From positions 20,150,001-20,214,000 of the forward strand of contig NC_042998.1 of assembly GCF_006345805.1 (NCBI RefSeq): 64,000 bases of DNA. Direction: 5' to 3'. Within the stretch, counting starts at the first letter, position 1. Each line of letters opens with the position of its first letter. Below, one piece after another: positions 51,400 through 63,899 of this stretch. The notes beneath the pieces are model-generated. The model was not told the origin of the DNA and did no database searches. It saw only the letters and a program-made list of their open reading frames with translations. Position numbers and translations under genes: made by a program. This DNA is from Octopus sinensis. Taxonomy: Eukaryota.

Positions 51400-51780
51400 C
51401 ATGATGAAGATGATGATGATGATGATAATGATGATAATGATGATAATGATGATGACGACGATGACGAACATGATGATGATGAGGAGGAGGAGGAAGAGGA
51501 GGAGGAGGAGGAGGAGGATGGTGATGATGATGATGATGATGATGAAGTAGATAATGAGGAGGAGGAGGAGGATGGTGATGATGATGATGACGATGACGAT
51601 GACGATCATGATGATGACGATGACGATCATAATGATGATGATGATGATGATGATAATGATGATGATAATGATGGTGACGATGACAATGACGATCATGATG
51701 ATGATAATGATGGTGGCGATGACGATGACGATCATGATATTAATGATGATGGTGATGATGATGATGATGATGAAGTGTTG
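51400..51780. repeat. (GAT/GAC/GAG)n mosaic
   Basis: Direct reading. Confidence 0.9.
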
Positions 51781-51960
51781 TAGAAGTTGAAAGGAATAAG
51801 CATGAAGATGAAGAGCAGGTGTGATACCAAGAAGCAAAACAAAGAATTGCAGAAGAACGAAAAGAATAAAAACGCAAAGGATGAGGAGTTTGACCTGGGA
51901 TTTGAAGAAGTGGGAGCTGAGGGACCGTAAGTGGAAAACAATGGGAAAAAAGAAGTAATG

Positions 51961-52034
<74 letters not shown>

Positions 52035-52359
52035 GTGAGGGCGCGTGGCTTAGTGGTTAGGGCATTCGGCTCATGATCGTAAGGTTGTGAGTTCGATTCC
52101 CGGCGACGCGTTGTGTCCTTGAGCAAGACACTTTATTTCACGTTGCTCCAGTCCACTCAGCTGGCAAAAATGAGTTGTACTTGTATTTTCAAAGGGTCAG
52201 CCTTGTCACTCTCTGTGTCACGCTGATTATCCCCGAGAACTACGTCAAGGGTACACGTGTCTGTGGAATGCTCAGCCATTTGCACGTTAATTTCACGAGC
52301 AAGCTGTTCCGTTGATCGTATCAGCTGGGACCCTCGTCGTCGTAACCGGCGGAGTCTTT

Positions 52360-52360
<1 letters not shown>
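52035..52360 (+). mobile_element. SINE family C (young copy) in (TAA)n
   Basis: Two substitutions versus 48191-48513 by eye. Confidence 0.92.
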
Positions 52361-52410
<50 letters not shown>

Positions 52411-52645
52411 GTATCTGTCAAGACTTGCCAAAAACCGAGCAAGTATAAAGACCTTGAAATAGAAATTGGCAAAATGTGGAATCTCAAGACTTAAACAATG
52501 CCTGTTGTCACAAGTGCCTTAGGAATAATAGCAAACGAGGCTGACTGCTGCTTAGCTCAGATACCAGGAAACCTCAAAATGGCAGAAATTCAAAAGATTG
52601 TGCTCATGGGAACTTCCCATTTCCGATGTAAAATACTGTCTAGGT
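52411..52645 (+). mobile_element. decayed R4/Dong REL C-terminal fragment
   Basis: SKYKDLEIEIGKMWNLKT*TMPVVTSALGII..IQKIVLMGTSH, directly after (AAT)n. Confidence 0.8.
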
Positions 52646-52872
52646 AATCTCAAATTTTAAAGCAAATTCATAATTTTCTTTTGTTTTCTTAAACATTCTA
52701 TTATGCTATATATATATATATATATATATAACTACGGTTTATGTAGTTACCCTGCAATTGCGTGTTAACTGCAATGTTTAATATTCCTTGTATGGGTAAC
52801 TAACGATTATTTTCATAGGATTTTGCTATTCCTGAATGAGGTTTCTAACATTTATCTGTGTATATAGTTAGG

Positions 52873-52986
<114 letters not shown>

Positions 52987-53117
52987 TGCATATATATTTT
53001 TTTGTAAAAGATAAAAATTTCATCTGTCAGTACTTTACCTCCAAAAACAAAAATGTGTTTACAGTGATTTGTAATACTTGGATGGGATACATGTTTATAT
53101 TACAAATTCAAGTAATG

Positions 53118-53162
<45 letters not shown>

Positions 53163-53183
53163 TAATAATAATAATAATAATAT

Positions 53184-53730
53184 AAATGCCCTGATGCAGT
53201 ACCAGGCAGTGGCTCTCATGGCTTCTGATCTTAACTGATTGGAAGTGTTATCATGTACATTGTTTTGTCTTGGTATAAAAGATTGGCTACAGCAAATATT
53301 CTGCTCAATACCACAGATTTGCTTGTCAGTTGTTTGACCTTAACCAGTTGAGCATGTCCCTTAGTGGCTGACGATATGTGCATCTCTGATCACGAGCAGA
53401 AGTAGTGGGGGAGCATCATAGCCATGTGTTGAGAGGGATTCTTTGGGGTTTGAATAGTTCACCTCTGGAAACATGGGTGGTTCTTTCAACATCCTTAAAC
53501 AAGCCTTATTCAGGGACCTTTTGAGCGGGATGGGCTACTCAACCTGAAGAAAATTCTAACTGGGCCCCACCTGCTGTTTATCTTGATATGAGATCACCAT
53601 GTCGCGCACATATGGTTGTGATGCATGTGCCTGGTGTACCTTTATCAGACGGGTAGTCATGATGGGTATATTGGGCTCCGTATATTTTACCCCAGTGTCA
53701 CTTTGATGGCATGAACTGCTCTCTCACTCA
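53184..53730 (+). mobile_element. about 550-nt non-coding element inserted in a TAA repeat (copy 2)
   Basis: (AAT)n on both sides; homologous to 13543-14057; no ORF, A/B box or TIR seen. Confidence 0.8.
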
Positions 53731-53784
53731 ATGATAATAATAATAATAATGATAATAATATTGATAATAATAATTATAATAATA

Positions 53785-53823
<39 letters not shown>

Positions 53824-54352
53824 CATAATAAAAACGTTTACTCAACATGCAGGAATTGAAAATCTGTTTAGTATATCTCAAACTACCCTCTGAAACGGCC
53901 GTAGGTTCTAACTGAATTTCACTTTCCGTGGTTTTTAAATTGACTTTTACGTTCATAATACCTCGTATTACGAAACTCTATCCTCTCTCAAATACATGTA
54001 TCTGCACACATATGCTATTATATATTTGTTCCTCTACATTTTATATCTTATTTTTATTATATATTTTATTTTTTATTTTTGTATTATTATTTGTCCTTTT
54101 ATTTCTTTATTATTACTTGAATTTGCAATGTAAACATGTACGCCATCCAAGTCTTATAAATCACTGTAAACATGATTTCGTTTTCGGATGTAATGTTCTG
54201 ACAACTGAAAGTGTTTTCTTCTACAAAAACTTTTATTACTCTTTAGCTCATAAACGAGCAAAAAACAGTTGTACGATATATGGAGTATTGTCTCCATTAA
54301 ATATTCCCTTACTTACATATAAATACATATATATATGCATAAATATATACAT

Positions 54353-54407
<55 letters not shown>

Positions 54408-54454
54408 TCTAGATTTTTATATTCTAACCAAGTTGTTTCGGCATGTTAAAAGAA

Positions 54455-54615
54455 CCATTATGGCTGTGTAGTAAGTAGCTTGCTAACCAGCCACATGGTT
54501 GCGGGTTCAGTCCCAGTGCGTGGCATCTTGGGTAATTACCTTCTGCTATAGCCTGGGGCTGACCAATGCCTTGTGAGTGGATTTGGTAGACGGAAACTGA
54601 AAGAAGCCTGTCGTA

Positions 54616-54700
<85 letters not shown>

Positions 54701-54908
54701 GTGTGTCTGTCTTTGTCCCCTAGCATTGCTTGACAACCGATGCTGGTGTGTTTACGTCCCCGTCACTTAGCGGTTCAGCAAAAGAGACCGATAGAATAAG
54801 TACTGGGCTTACAAAGATTAAGTACCGGGGTCGATTTGCTCGACTAAATGTGATGCTCCAGCATGGCCGCAGTCAAAATGACTGAAACAAGTAAAAGAGT
54901 AAAAGAGT
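54455..54908 (+). mobile_element. SINE family B
   Basis: Head TGGCTGTGTAGTAAGTAGCTTGC, internal (TA)n(TG)n and tail AAGTAAAAGAGTAAAAGAG. Confidence 0.88.
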
Positions 54909-55002
54909 AAATATATATATATATTCTACGTTAAAGAATGACATTGCTCGAAAACGCTGAAGTGCAGTGGCATTTTCCTATTTAAGAATGCATAAATCAG
55001 TC

Positions 55003-55648
55003 ATGTACTTCTGAATCCTCTTTCCATATTTCACACTGTAACAGCAGAAAGAGACGTTCTGGACACATTCGTTCTACTTATCACAGACATGATAACGACT
55101 TTTTTTGTCTCTCTATAACTGTCATCATTTATGAAAGACTCTGTAGATGCTGGTAAATTGTTAATAGAATACGTGTGAGGCCTGATAAAAGAGCGCAAAT
55201 ATTTTATTAGTTCTTTATGGTATTTTCCTTTTAGAGTCGTAATATAGATACTCGTAAACATCCTTCCACAGCCGTAAGCTTGTAATTCACACACTGTTAT
55301 CTAATTCGATCTGATAGCCTTGTTTCCTAATGACATAACCTGAAAACTATTCTCACATTTCCCGTATTCCACCCTAGATTAACTTGTCTCTTTCGACGTT
55401 GACCTCTTGCCTTTCTGAGACGCCACGTTAACCTTCTCATGTGTTACCTCGTCTTTCCAAACTGCCAGCGATTCTTCCCTGGCAAGTAATCAATTTATCT
55501 AAATACTGCCAAAGCTGTGAGAAATTCCGTCAGCAGCTGTCGACAGGGGATCCTCATGATTTCGTTAAACAATATGTATCTTTACATTTATATGTAGAAC
55601 TGTATGCTTCTGGGTATTTATCTTAAGTGTACTCGTCCATCAAATTTG
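55003..55648. repeat. about 640-bp direct duplication, copy 1 (unclassified)
   Basis: Colinear with 59725-60363. Confidence 0.9.
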
Positions 55649-56131
55649 CACTCTGTTCATGTCTTTTCAGAAATATTTTCTTATAAGTGAACGGAAGAAA
55701 TTGCATATTTGTGTGTGCGCGCGTGTGCATGCGTTCGTGTATGTGTGTGAGTGTGTTTATTGTTTCAATCATTGGACTTAATTGCCCCTAGTGTTTGTTT
55801 TATTTTTAAGCTTCTTTCTCATGTCATTCGTCTCCTTTGCCAAACTGCTAGGTAACGGAGAAATAAACAAACCAGCACCGGTTGTCCAGCGGTGTTGGGT
55901 ACAAACAAAATCACAAAGATTCACACATAGGTTTATACGTGTATGCACAATGGGCTGCTTTCATTTCCGCCAACCAAAACCACTCATAAACCTTTGGTCA
56001 ACCCCAACCCCACTATGCAGTACTTGCCCAAAGTGTTGTATAGTGGGGCTCAAGTAAAGACTGCTTTGTGAAGAGGAAATGTGTATGTGTTAGTGTATTT
56101 ACACATATGAATGCACATTTGTGCAGCTTAT

Positions 56132-56255
56132 GTATATAAACGTATGTGTTGCTTGAGGTATATAAACGTACGTGTTGCTTGATGTATATAAACGTACGTG
56201 TTGCTTGATGTATATAAACGTACGTGTTGCTTGAGGTATATTAAACGTACGTGTG
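56132..56255. repeat. 26-bp minisatellite, about 4.7 copies
   Basis: Unit GTATATAAACGTACGTGTTGCTTGA(G/T). Confidence 0.9.
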
Positions 56256-57525
56256 TATCGGCTCCGTGTGTATCACGTACGTGTGTATCAGATCCGGCAT
56301 CAATACGTCTTCCTTTGTATGGATATTTGATTACGAATGTGTTTACTCATATCTCTGGTCGTCTATTAAATTTGAAGATTGCCTATCTTTATGTTTGCGT
56401 AATTAAAGGGTATAAAATCAAATTCGTGTTATCTGATAAGTTGGTATGCATTTTGTAGAGGAGAAATCCCACGTTTCGGAAATGTTTGTTCATTTCAGGG
56501 AAAAAAAATATTTTGAAAATATTTTTTATCGGTGTTATATCGCTATTCATTTCTCAGAACTTTCAGGTTTCCCCTTTTTCGTTTCTCCTCATTTTTTTTA
56601 CATTTTGTTCTTTGTTTCTTCCTTACGTTAATACACTTTACACTCCAACACGTACTCCCACCTCTGTCGCTTTCTTTCTTTCCACGTGCCTCACTTATTT
56701 TACATTCTCTTACAGAAGAAACAATTCTGTTTTCATACCATTGGTTTATTGCAGTTGTTCATTCTCTATTCTTCATCCTCTTCTCTCATTTCTCTTCTCC
56801 CATTGAACTCCCAACGCCTTTCACTCGTTCGATTTCTTTGTTCATGTTTTTTTCCCTTCTTTCCATGCAACTGCATTTTACATCCATACCCTTCCACACA
56901 TCTATCACACCTCCAAGATTTCTCTGGCTTTACCTTTTACCTTACACTCTCACACCTGCGCCCAACTTCCCACTTTCACCCTTTTGTCACACATACAACC
57001 AATATGGTTACACATACATACACACACAAACACCCACGCACCACAATACTTCCGTACTTGTGCAACTCAACAAACTTATATACACCACAAATTATCACAC
57101 ACACTGCTGTCTCCAAAGAGCGTAACGCACCATATGTGCGCAAACCTTTGCTCCACTTTCCGTCTAAATTCTCCAAAAGAAAATCGCTTCAGTCTTCTCA
57201 ACCGCTTTTCCTTATTCTCACTTCTCCCACGCTTTCTTCTGATGAAAGACTAACAACCAAAACGTAAAAACTGCTTCTCTTGTTCTTGAAAGTCATGAAT
57301 TAATAAGATATTTATTTAAACTTTTCACTCCGGTGTTGTAAGTATGTATAAAAGTATATATCTTAGTAGCTGTGTATAAACGAATAGCGATATATACATG
57401 ATTGCTTATATGCAGCAAAAGCCCGTGTGATAGGTTTTCGCATGGTAAGAAGCATAATATTCTGTCTTTTGATTCAACAGCCACATGTAAGTGGGGATAA
57501 ATAATACCATTTGGTATTAATGTAC

Positions 57526-57562
<37 letters not shown>

Positions 57563-57633
57563 TTGGTAAAAACGGTAAGATAACAAAAGAAAGAGACCTC
57601 AATATTATGTAAATAGAGGAAATTTATCTATAA

Positions 57634-57869
57634 AATAATATGTTACAATTACTCAATAGTCAAGATAAAACTCTGAGTTTCAGATGCCGAAGTGGAAATC
57701 CACAACACCATCTCTTCGGTTATCTGGCCATCTGAATATAAGCAATCATGTATATATCGCTATTCTTTCAGATGGCCAGATAACCGAAGAGATGGTGTTA
57801 TGGATTTCCACTTCGGCATCTGAAACTCAGAGTTTTATCTTGACTATTGAGTAATTGTAAGATATTATT
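57634..57869. repeat. 236-bp palindrome (103-bp arms, 30-nt spacer)
   Basis: Arms 57634-57736 and 57767-57869 with 2 mismatches. Confidence 0.95.
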
Positions 57870-58091
57870 ATTATATATATATATATATATTGATTATATC
57901 TGCACTGACGATTAAAAGGTGCATTTTGTGCACTAATTATGAAATCATATGATCTGTGGTTGAATCTGTTTTTAAAGAGCTTGCTTCGAGAGTAGCATTT
58001 CCTCGCGTTCGGTACAATGCGTTTATTATGGTAGTTTTGTCTTTAAGAGTCCCTCGTAGTGTGAGGCATATTATGCACAGTAATGCCCTTA

Positions 58092-58128
<37 letters not shown>

Positions 58129-58167
58129 AATATATTATTATATATATATTATATATATATATATATA

Positions 58168-58450
58168 TGATTGCGCACGCTGGAGACAGGTAGTACGTAA
58201 GGTTATGGAGCGAGAAGACAAACTGGGACTTGCTACCGAAGAACAGCGCACTCGAAGAAAGAAACAACTCAGTGACGCCGTTGCAGAGCTTCTTTAAGTG
58301 CAGTCGCCACATACGAGACTGCCACTGCAATGTGGGCCTGTGCAGCTACAGCAGACATTGCATCACCATCAGCAGCTGGCAGGAAATTGTCCAGGCGCAG
58401 ATCCATGGTCTTCCAAGACCGACGAATACTGCCGAATCAATCAATCTATC
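58168..58450 (+). mobile_element. RTE/BovB-like 3' fragment
   Basis: [17 protein letters not shown] followed by [23 protein letters not shown], then the UTR CCATGGTCTTCCAAGACCGACG and an (AATC)n tail. Confidence 0.85.
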
Positions 58451-58487
58451 GATCTATCTCTTCATATCTCACTCTGTCTCTCTCTTC

Positions 58488-58535
<48 letters not shown>

Positions 58536-58585
58536 ACATACATATATGTATTTATTTATATATTTATATATGTGTATATATGTAT

Positions 58586-58617
<32 letters not shown>

Positions 58618-58735
58618 GTGTGTATATGTATACATACATATATATATTTTTTGACTATTTATTAAAATTTTATGTATTAATTAAGTCTTTCCTTGTTTGT
58701 TTTGCAAAATAGTGGTTTTGTCTCGAATAATATTT

Positions 58736-58766
<31 letters not shown>

Positions 58767-59089
58767 ATATATAATATATATATATATCCATGTATACACA
58801 CACATTCACACATGCACGCATAGACTCACATGCGCACACACACACATACGCTTTCGAAGAGTAATTATCCCAGTCATAAATTTTGCAAACAACGGGTGGA
58901 AATGACAACCAACATGTTAAATTGAAAATCTCTAATTCTGCTGTAAATAATTTAGTCGTATATTCAAAGATTTATAAAGCGGACTTAGATTTACAAGAAA
59001 ATTAAACATAGAAGGACGCCTTTTAACTTCACATCTACTCGGCTAATGTTCTTTTTCGATGTTAAATTACAATTCCACTCTTCTCTCTT

Positions 59090-59485
59090 CTACTCTTCTA
59101 CTTGTTTCAGTCATTTGACTGCGGCTATGCTGGAGCACCGCCTTTAGTCGAGCAAATCGACCCCGGGACTTATTCTTTGTAAGCCTAGCACTTATTCTAT
59201 CGGTCTCTTTTGCCGAACCGCTAGGTGACGGGGACGTAAACACACCAGCATCGGTTGTCAAGCAATGCTAGGGGAACAAACACACACACATACACACATA
59301 TACATATATATATATATACATATATACGACAGGCTTCTTTCAGTTTCCGTCTACCAAATCCACTCACAAGGCATTGGTCGGTCCGGGGCTATAATAGAAG
59401 ACACTTGCCCAAGATGCCATGCAGTGGGACTGAACCCGGAACCATGTGGCTGGTTAGCAAGCTACTTACCACACAGACACTCCTG
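59090..59485 (-). mobile_element. SINE family B
   Basis: As at 27350, with a short internal microsatellite. Confidence 0.88.
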
Positions 59486-59724
59486 CACTTATACCACTAA
59501 GTATTTTTTGAACAGAAAATTGAATAAAACTGTAATGAAATAGGTATTGTTATCTTCAATCAAAGTGCATTTTTTTTTTCAGTTAGTTTTGGGTTCATTT
59601 TTCTATTCCTTTGAAAGCAAGTCTTTGAGAACGTGGTAGTTCTGCAACAAAACAGACAGCAACTATCTCCTTTAAACTATAGTATATACGGAAGATAATA
59701 TTTCTTTGCATATGCGTGTGGCGT

Positions 59725-60363
59725 GGTACCTCTGAATCCTCTCTCCAAATTTCACACTGTAACAACAGAACGAGACGTTCTGGACACATTCGTTCCACTT
59801 ATCACAGACATGATAACGATTTTCCTTCTCTCTCTATAACTGTCATCTTTTATGAAAGACTCTGTAGATGCTGGTAAATCGTTGACAGAATATGTGTGAG
59901 GCCTTATAATAGAACGCAAATATTTTATTAGTTCTTTATGGTATTTTCCTTTTAGAGTCGTAATATATTACTCGTAACATCCTTCCACAGCCGTAAGCTT
60001 GTAATTCCACACTGTTATCTAATTCGATCTGATAGCCTTGTTTCCTAATGACATAACCTGAAAACTATTCTCACATTTCCCTATTCCACCCTAGATTAAC
60101 TTGTCTCTTTCGACGTTGACCTCTTGCCTTTCTGAGACGCCACGTTAACCTTCTAATGTGTTACCTCGTCTTTCCAAACTGCCAGCGATTCTTCCCTGGC
60201 AAGTAATCAATTTATCTAAATACTTCCAAAGCTGTGAGAAATTCCGTCAGCTGCTGTCGACAGGGGATCCTCATGATTTCGTTAAACAATATGTATCTTT
60301 ACATTTATATGTAGAACTGTATGCTTCTGGGTATTTATCTTAAGTGTACTCGTCCATCAAATT
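59725..60363. repeat. about 640-bp direct duplication, copy 2
   Basis: Colinear with 55003-55648. Confidence 0.9.
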
Positions 60364-60819
60364 TAGCGCACGTTTGTATCTATGTGCGTGTGTGTATGTT
60401 TGTGTTATGTGATGGGTTATTAAAGAAACTATTTTTCCCGGTGGGGCAGTACGCATGTTATATTTGTTGGGGTTTATACATACGCCTTTGTATATGCAGT
60501 ATATACAGTTCTGCTACTTGTGATAGTAAAATGGTCTCTGGCGACTGTGTGTGTATACTTGTAGATCTATATACATACATACTTACACAGACGTGGCTAT
60601 ATATATCTTTCTTTCCTGAAGACGGAGGCCGGATCTACCTAATGTTTATATGCTTGCACTACTGCTTTCATATGTCTGCTAACATTTTGAATTCCCCAGA
60701 AACAGATGTCGCACCTGCAACAAGGTATATTTTCCCCTTAAATTTTTTGTCTTTGTACTCTGTGTAATATCTGAATATTTTCAATCTTTGTTTTCTCTCG
60801 ATTTGCAAGTATATATTCT

Positions 60820-61004
60820 TTTATTCTTTTACTTGTTTCAGTCATTTGATGCGGCCATGCTCCAGCACCACCTTTAGTCGAACAAATCGACCCTAGGACT
60901 TATTCCTTTGCCGAGCCGCTAAGTTACGGGGACATAACCACACCAACATCGGTTCTCAAGCGATGGTGGGAGTACAAACACAGACATACACACATATAAA
61001 TATA

Positions 61005-61041
<37 letters not shown>

Positions 61042-61192
61042 GACAGGCTTCTTTCAGTTTCCGTCTACTAAATCCGCGCACAAGGCGTTGGTCTTCCCGA
61101 GGCTAAAATAGAAGATACGTCCAAGGTACTACGCAATGGGACTGAACCCAGAACCATGTGGGGGAGAAACAAGCTTCTTACCACACAGCCAC
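60820..61192 (-). mobile_element. SINE family B (decayed)
   Basis: Same modules, with internal deletions. Confidence 0.8.
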
Positions 61193-61317
61193 AACGACTC
61201 TTTAACCTGCAGACTTAGTCCTCAGAAACGACTTCAGAGCGTACATTCAAATAATTTTAGCGCTACATTCAAATAATTTTTCTGTGTTTTGAGCATCTTT
61301 GAAACTCATCTGTCAAC

Positions 61318-61386
<69 letters not shown>

Positions 61387-61517
61387 ATATATGCATATAT
61401 AGTATGTAAATGTATATATATGCATATATATATATATATGCATATATGCATATAGAAACATGTATATACGTTATATGTATATGTATGCGATGTGTATATG
61501 TATATGTATACGTATTG

Positions 61518-61576
<59 letters not shown>

Positions 61577-61599
61577 AAGTAGGAGAATTTAGATTATTC

Positions 61600-62050
61600 C
61601 CCACGTGGTGAGTTGCATATGCAAAAAGCAACACGGATTGCTTCAAAGACTTCTAACAAATGCGAAGCTTTACGTAACAACCACGAAACCAAAGGTTAAA
61701 AGATTTGGACACATAAACTGTGGAACATGCCCCAACCTACTGGACGGCTGGGAATTTCTATTTGAACGAGGAGGGAGGGTCACGATTAAAACCAACTTCT
61801 CTCGTGCTTCCGAGAACCTAATATATATTAGAACCTATTGAGCTTGAGGACATAGCTATATAGGACAGACAAATATGACACTGCGACGGAGAACCCCACT
61901 ACAGAAAGAACAGATCCGATTCCCACAATACAGAGTGATTCCTTTGAGTGAACACATAGAGAGATGTGCAGGTAATATACAATCAAACTTCATAGTTTTC
62001 CTCATCAGTGCACTTGCCAGTGCAAAGAAACAATTTCTGTACAAGAACAT
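61600..62050 (+). pseudogene. Penelope-like GIY-YIG endonuclease with Cys-rich linker (Neptune-like), decayed
   Basis: NCGTCPNL..TIKTNFSRASENLIYIRTY*A*GHSYIGQTNMTLRRR..EQIRFPQYR..SEHIERCA. Confidence 0.8.
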
Positions 62051-62065
62051 TTAAATAAAGAAAAT

Positions 62066-62110
62066 TAGTTCACCGAAAAATAGTTCACCGAAAATTAGTT
62101 CACCGAAAAA
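62066..62110. repeat. 15-bp tandem repeat, 3 copies
   Basis: TAGTTCACCGAAAA(A/T). Confidence 0.9.
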
Positions 62111-62203
62111 TATACGATTAAATATGAGCGCGTAACGAACTTTGGTCCCAATATAAATTTTAATTCATGGTCACATGCCCATCACTGTACACATTACACT
62201 CAC

Positions 62204-62303
62204 NNNNNNNNNNNNNNNNNNNNNNNNNNNNNNNNNNNNNNNNNNNNNNNNNNNNNNNNNNNNNNNNNNNNNNNNNNNNNNNNNNNNNNNNNNNNNNNNN
62301 NNN
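62204..62303. other. assembly gap (100 N)
   Basis: N run. Confidence 1.
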
Positions 62304-62349
62304 TAATTTTTTTTCAAATTGCAATTATTTTAAACTTGTTCTAATCGAA

Positions 62350-62442
62350 GTTCGAAAGAAAATTCGATGATAATGATGATGATGAAAATAATGATAATAA
62401 TAATAATAATAATAATAATGATAATAATAATAATAATAATAA

Positions 62443-62485
<43 letters not shown>

Positions 62486-62634
62486 TAATAATAATATGAT
62501 GATAATAATAATAATAATAATGATTAGAATAATAATAATAATAATAGTGATGATGATGATTATGAACATGACTGATAACAACAAAAACAATAATAATAAT
62601 GATAATAGAAATGATGAAGATAATGATGATGATG

Positions 62635-62665
<31 letters not shown>

Positions 62666-62782
62666 TAACAACAATAATAGTAATGATGACGATGATGATT
62701 ATGATGATAATGATAACAATAATAACAACAGCAACAACAAGAAATAATAATAATAATAATAATAATAATATTCATCATCATG

Positions 62783-62818
<36 letters not shown>

Positions 62819-62819
62819 G

Positions 62820-62890
<71 letters not shown>

Positions 62891-63660
62891 AATAATAATA
62901 AAAATAATAACAATAATAATAAAATGTTGCAACAGAACAGAAATTTAAAACGCTGAAACAAAAGAGAAAAACCAAAAGAAAATGGTTGGAAATTCTGAAA
63001 ATTTTTACAATAAGCCAAATAATTATTGATTGCAATTCTGTTCAATTTTGAGAATTTGTTTATTGTTCGTGTGGTAGAATGTTGTTCATGTTTATCTTGT
63101 TTCCTCTGGTTGCTGTCGTTAATTGTTGTTGTTGTTGTTGTTGTTTTTGTTGTTGTTGTTGTTGTTTGTTGTTGTTGGCAACCTGTTCTTTCTTTGTTTA
63201 CTTGTTTTATTATTTTTTTTACTTCTTTTATCGTTGTTTGCTTTTGTTGTTATTGCTCCTGATAATTTCCGATGATAGTGATGGTGATGGTGATGGTGAT
63301 GGTGATGATGATGATGATGATGACGATGATGATGACGATGGTGATGATAATGATGATGGTCGTGATGATCATGATGGTGACGATGGTGGTGGTGATGATG
63401 ATGACGATAATGGTGATGATGATGGTGGTGGTGTGGTGGTGGTGATGATGGTGAATGATGATGGGATGAAGATGATGATGATGATGATGATGGTGATAAC
63501 GTTCATGATGATGACGATCATGATCACGAGGATGATGACCTTGATGATGACGACGACGATGATGATGATGACGACGATGATGATGACTATGGCGATGATG
63601 ATGACGATGGCGATGATGATGATGATGATGCTGATGATGAAGTCGATGATTATGTAATAA
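62350..63660. repeat. (AAT/GAT/GTT/GAC)n microsatellite field
   Basis: Direct reading. Confidence 0.9.
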
Positions 63661-63815
63661 GTATGTGGAGGAAGGGGAAAACGTGATGGTAGCTCTGCTG
63701 GGGCGGGTGAAGTGGCGGCGGCGGGAAGACGTACAGATGCTAATAGGGTTAGGGTTAGGTGGAGAATGTGTTCACTGAAAGTAATGCTTCTAGAAAAACT
63801 CAAATCAGTAGCAGT

Positions 63816-63899
<84 letters not shown>

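Noticed and set aside
53368-53440. CTGACGA hammerhead core in the 550-nt element
   Set aside because: No GAAA or stem II/III arrangement downstream.
55441-55626. 61-aa ORF conserved in both duplicated copies (also 60158-60343) as a small gene
   Set aside because: It has no recognisable domain, and the copies are similar enough that a short ORF would persist by chance.
62204-62303. Continuity of structure across the N run
   Set aside because: A fixed 100-N gap has unknown true size, so no linkage across it was inferred.
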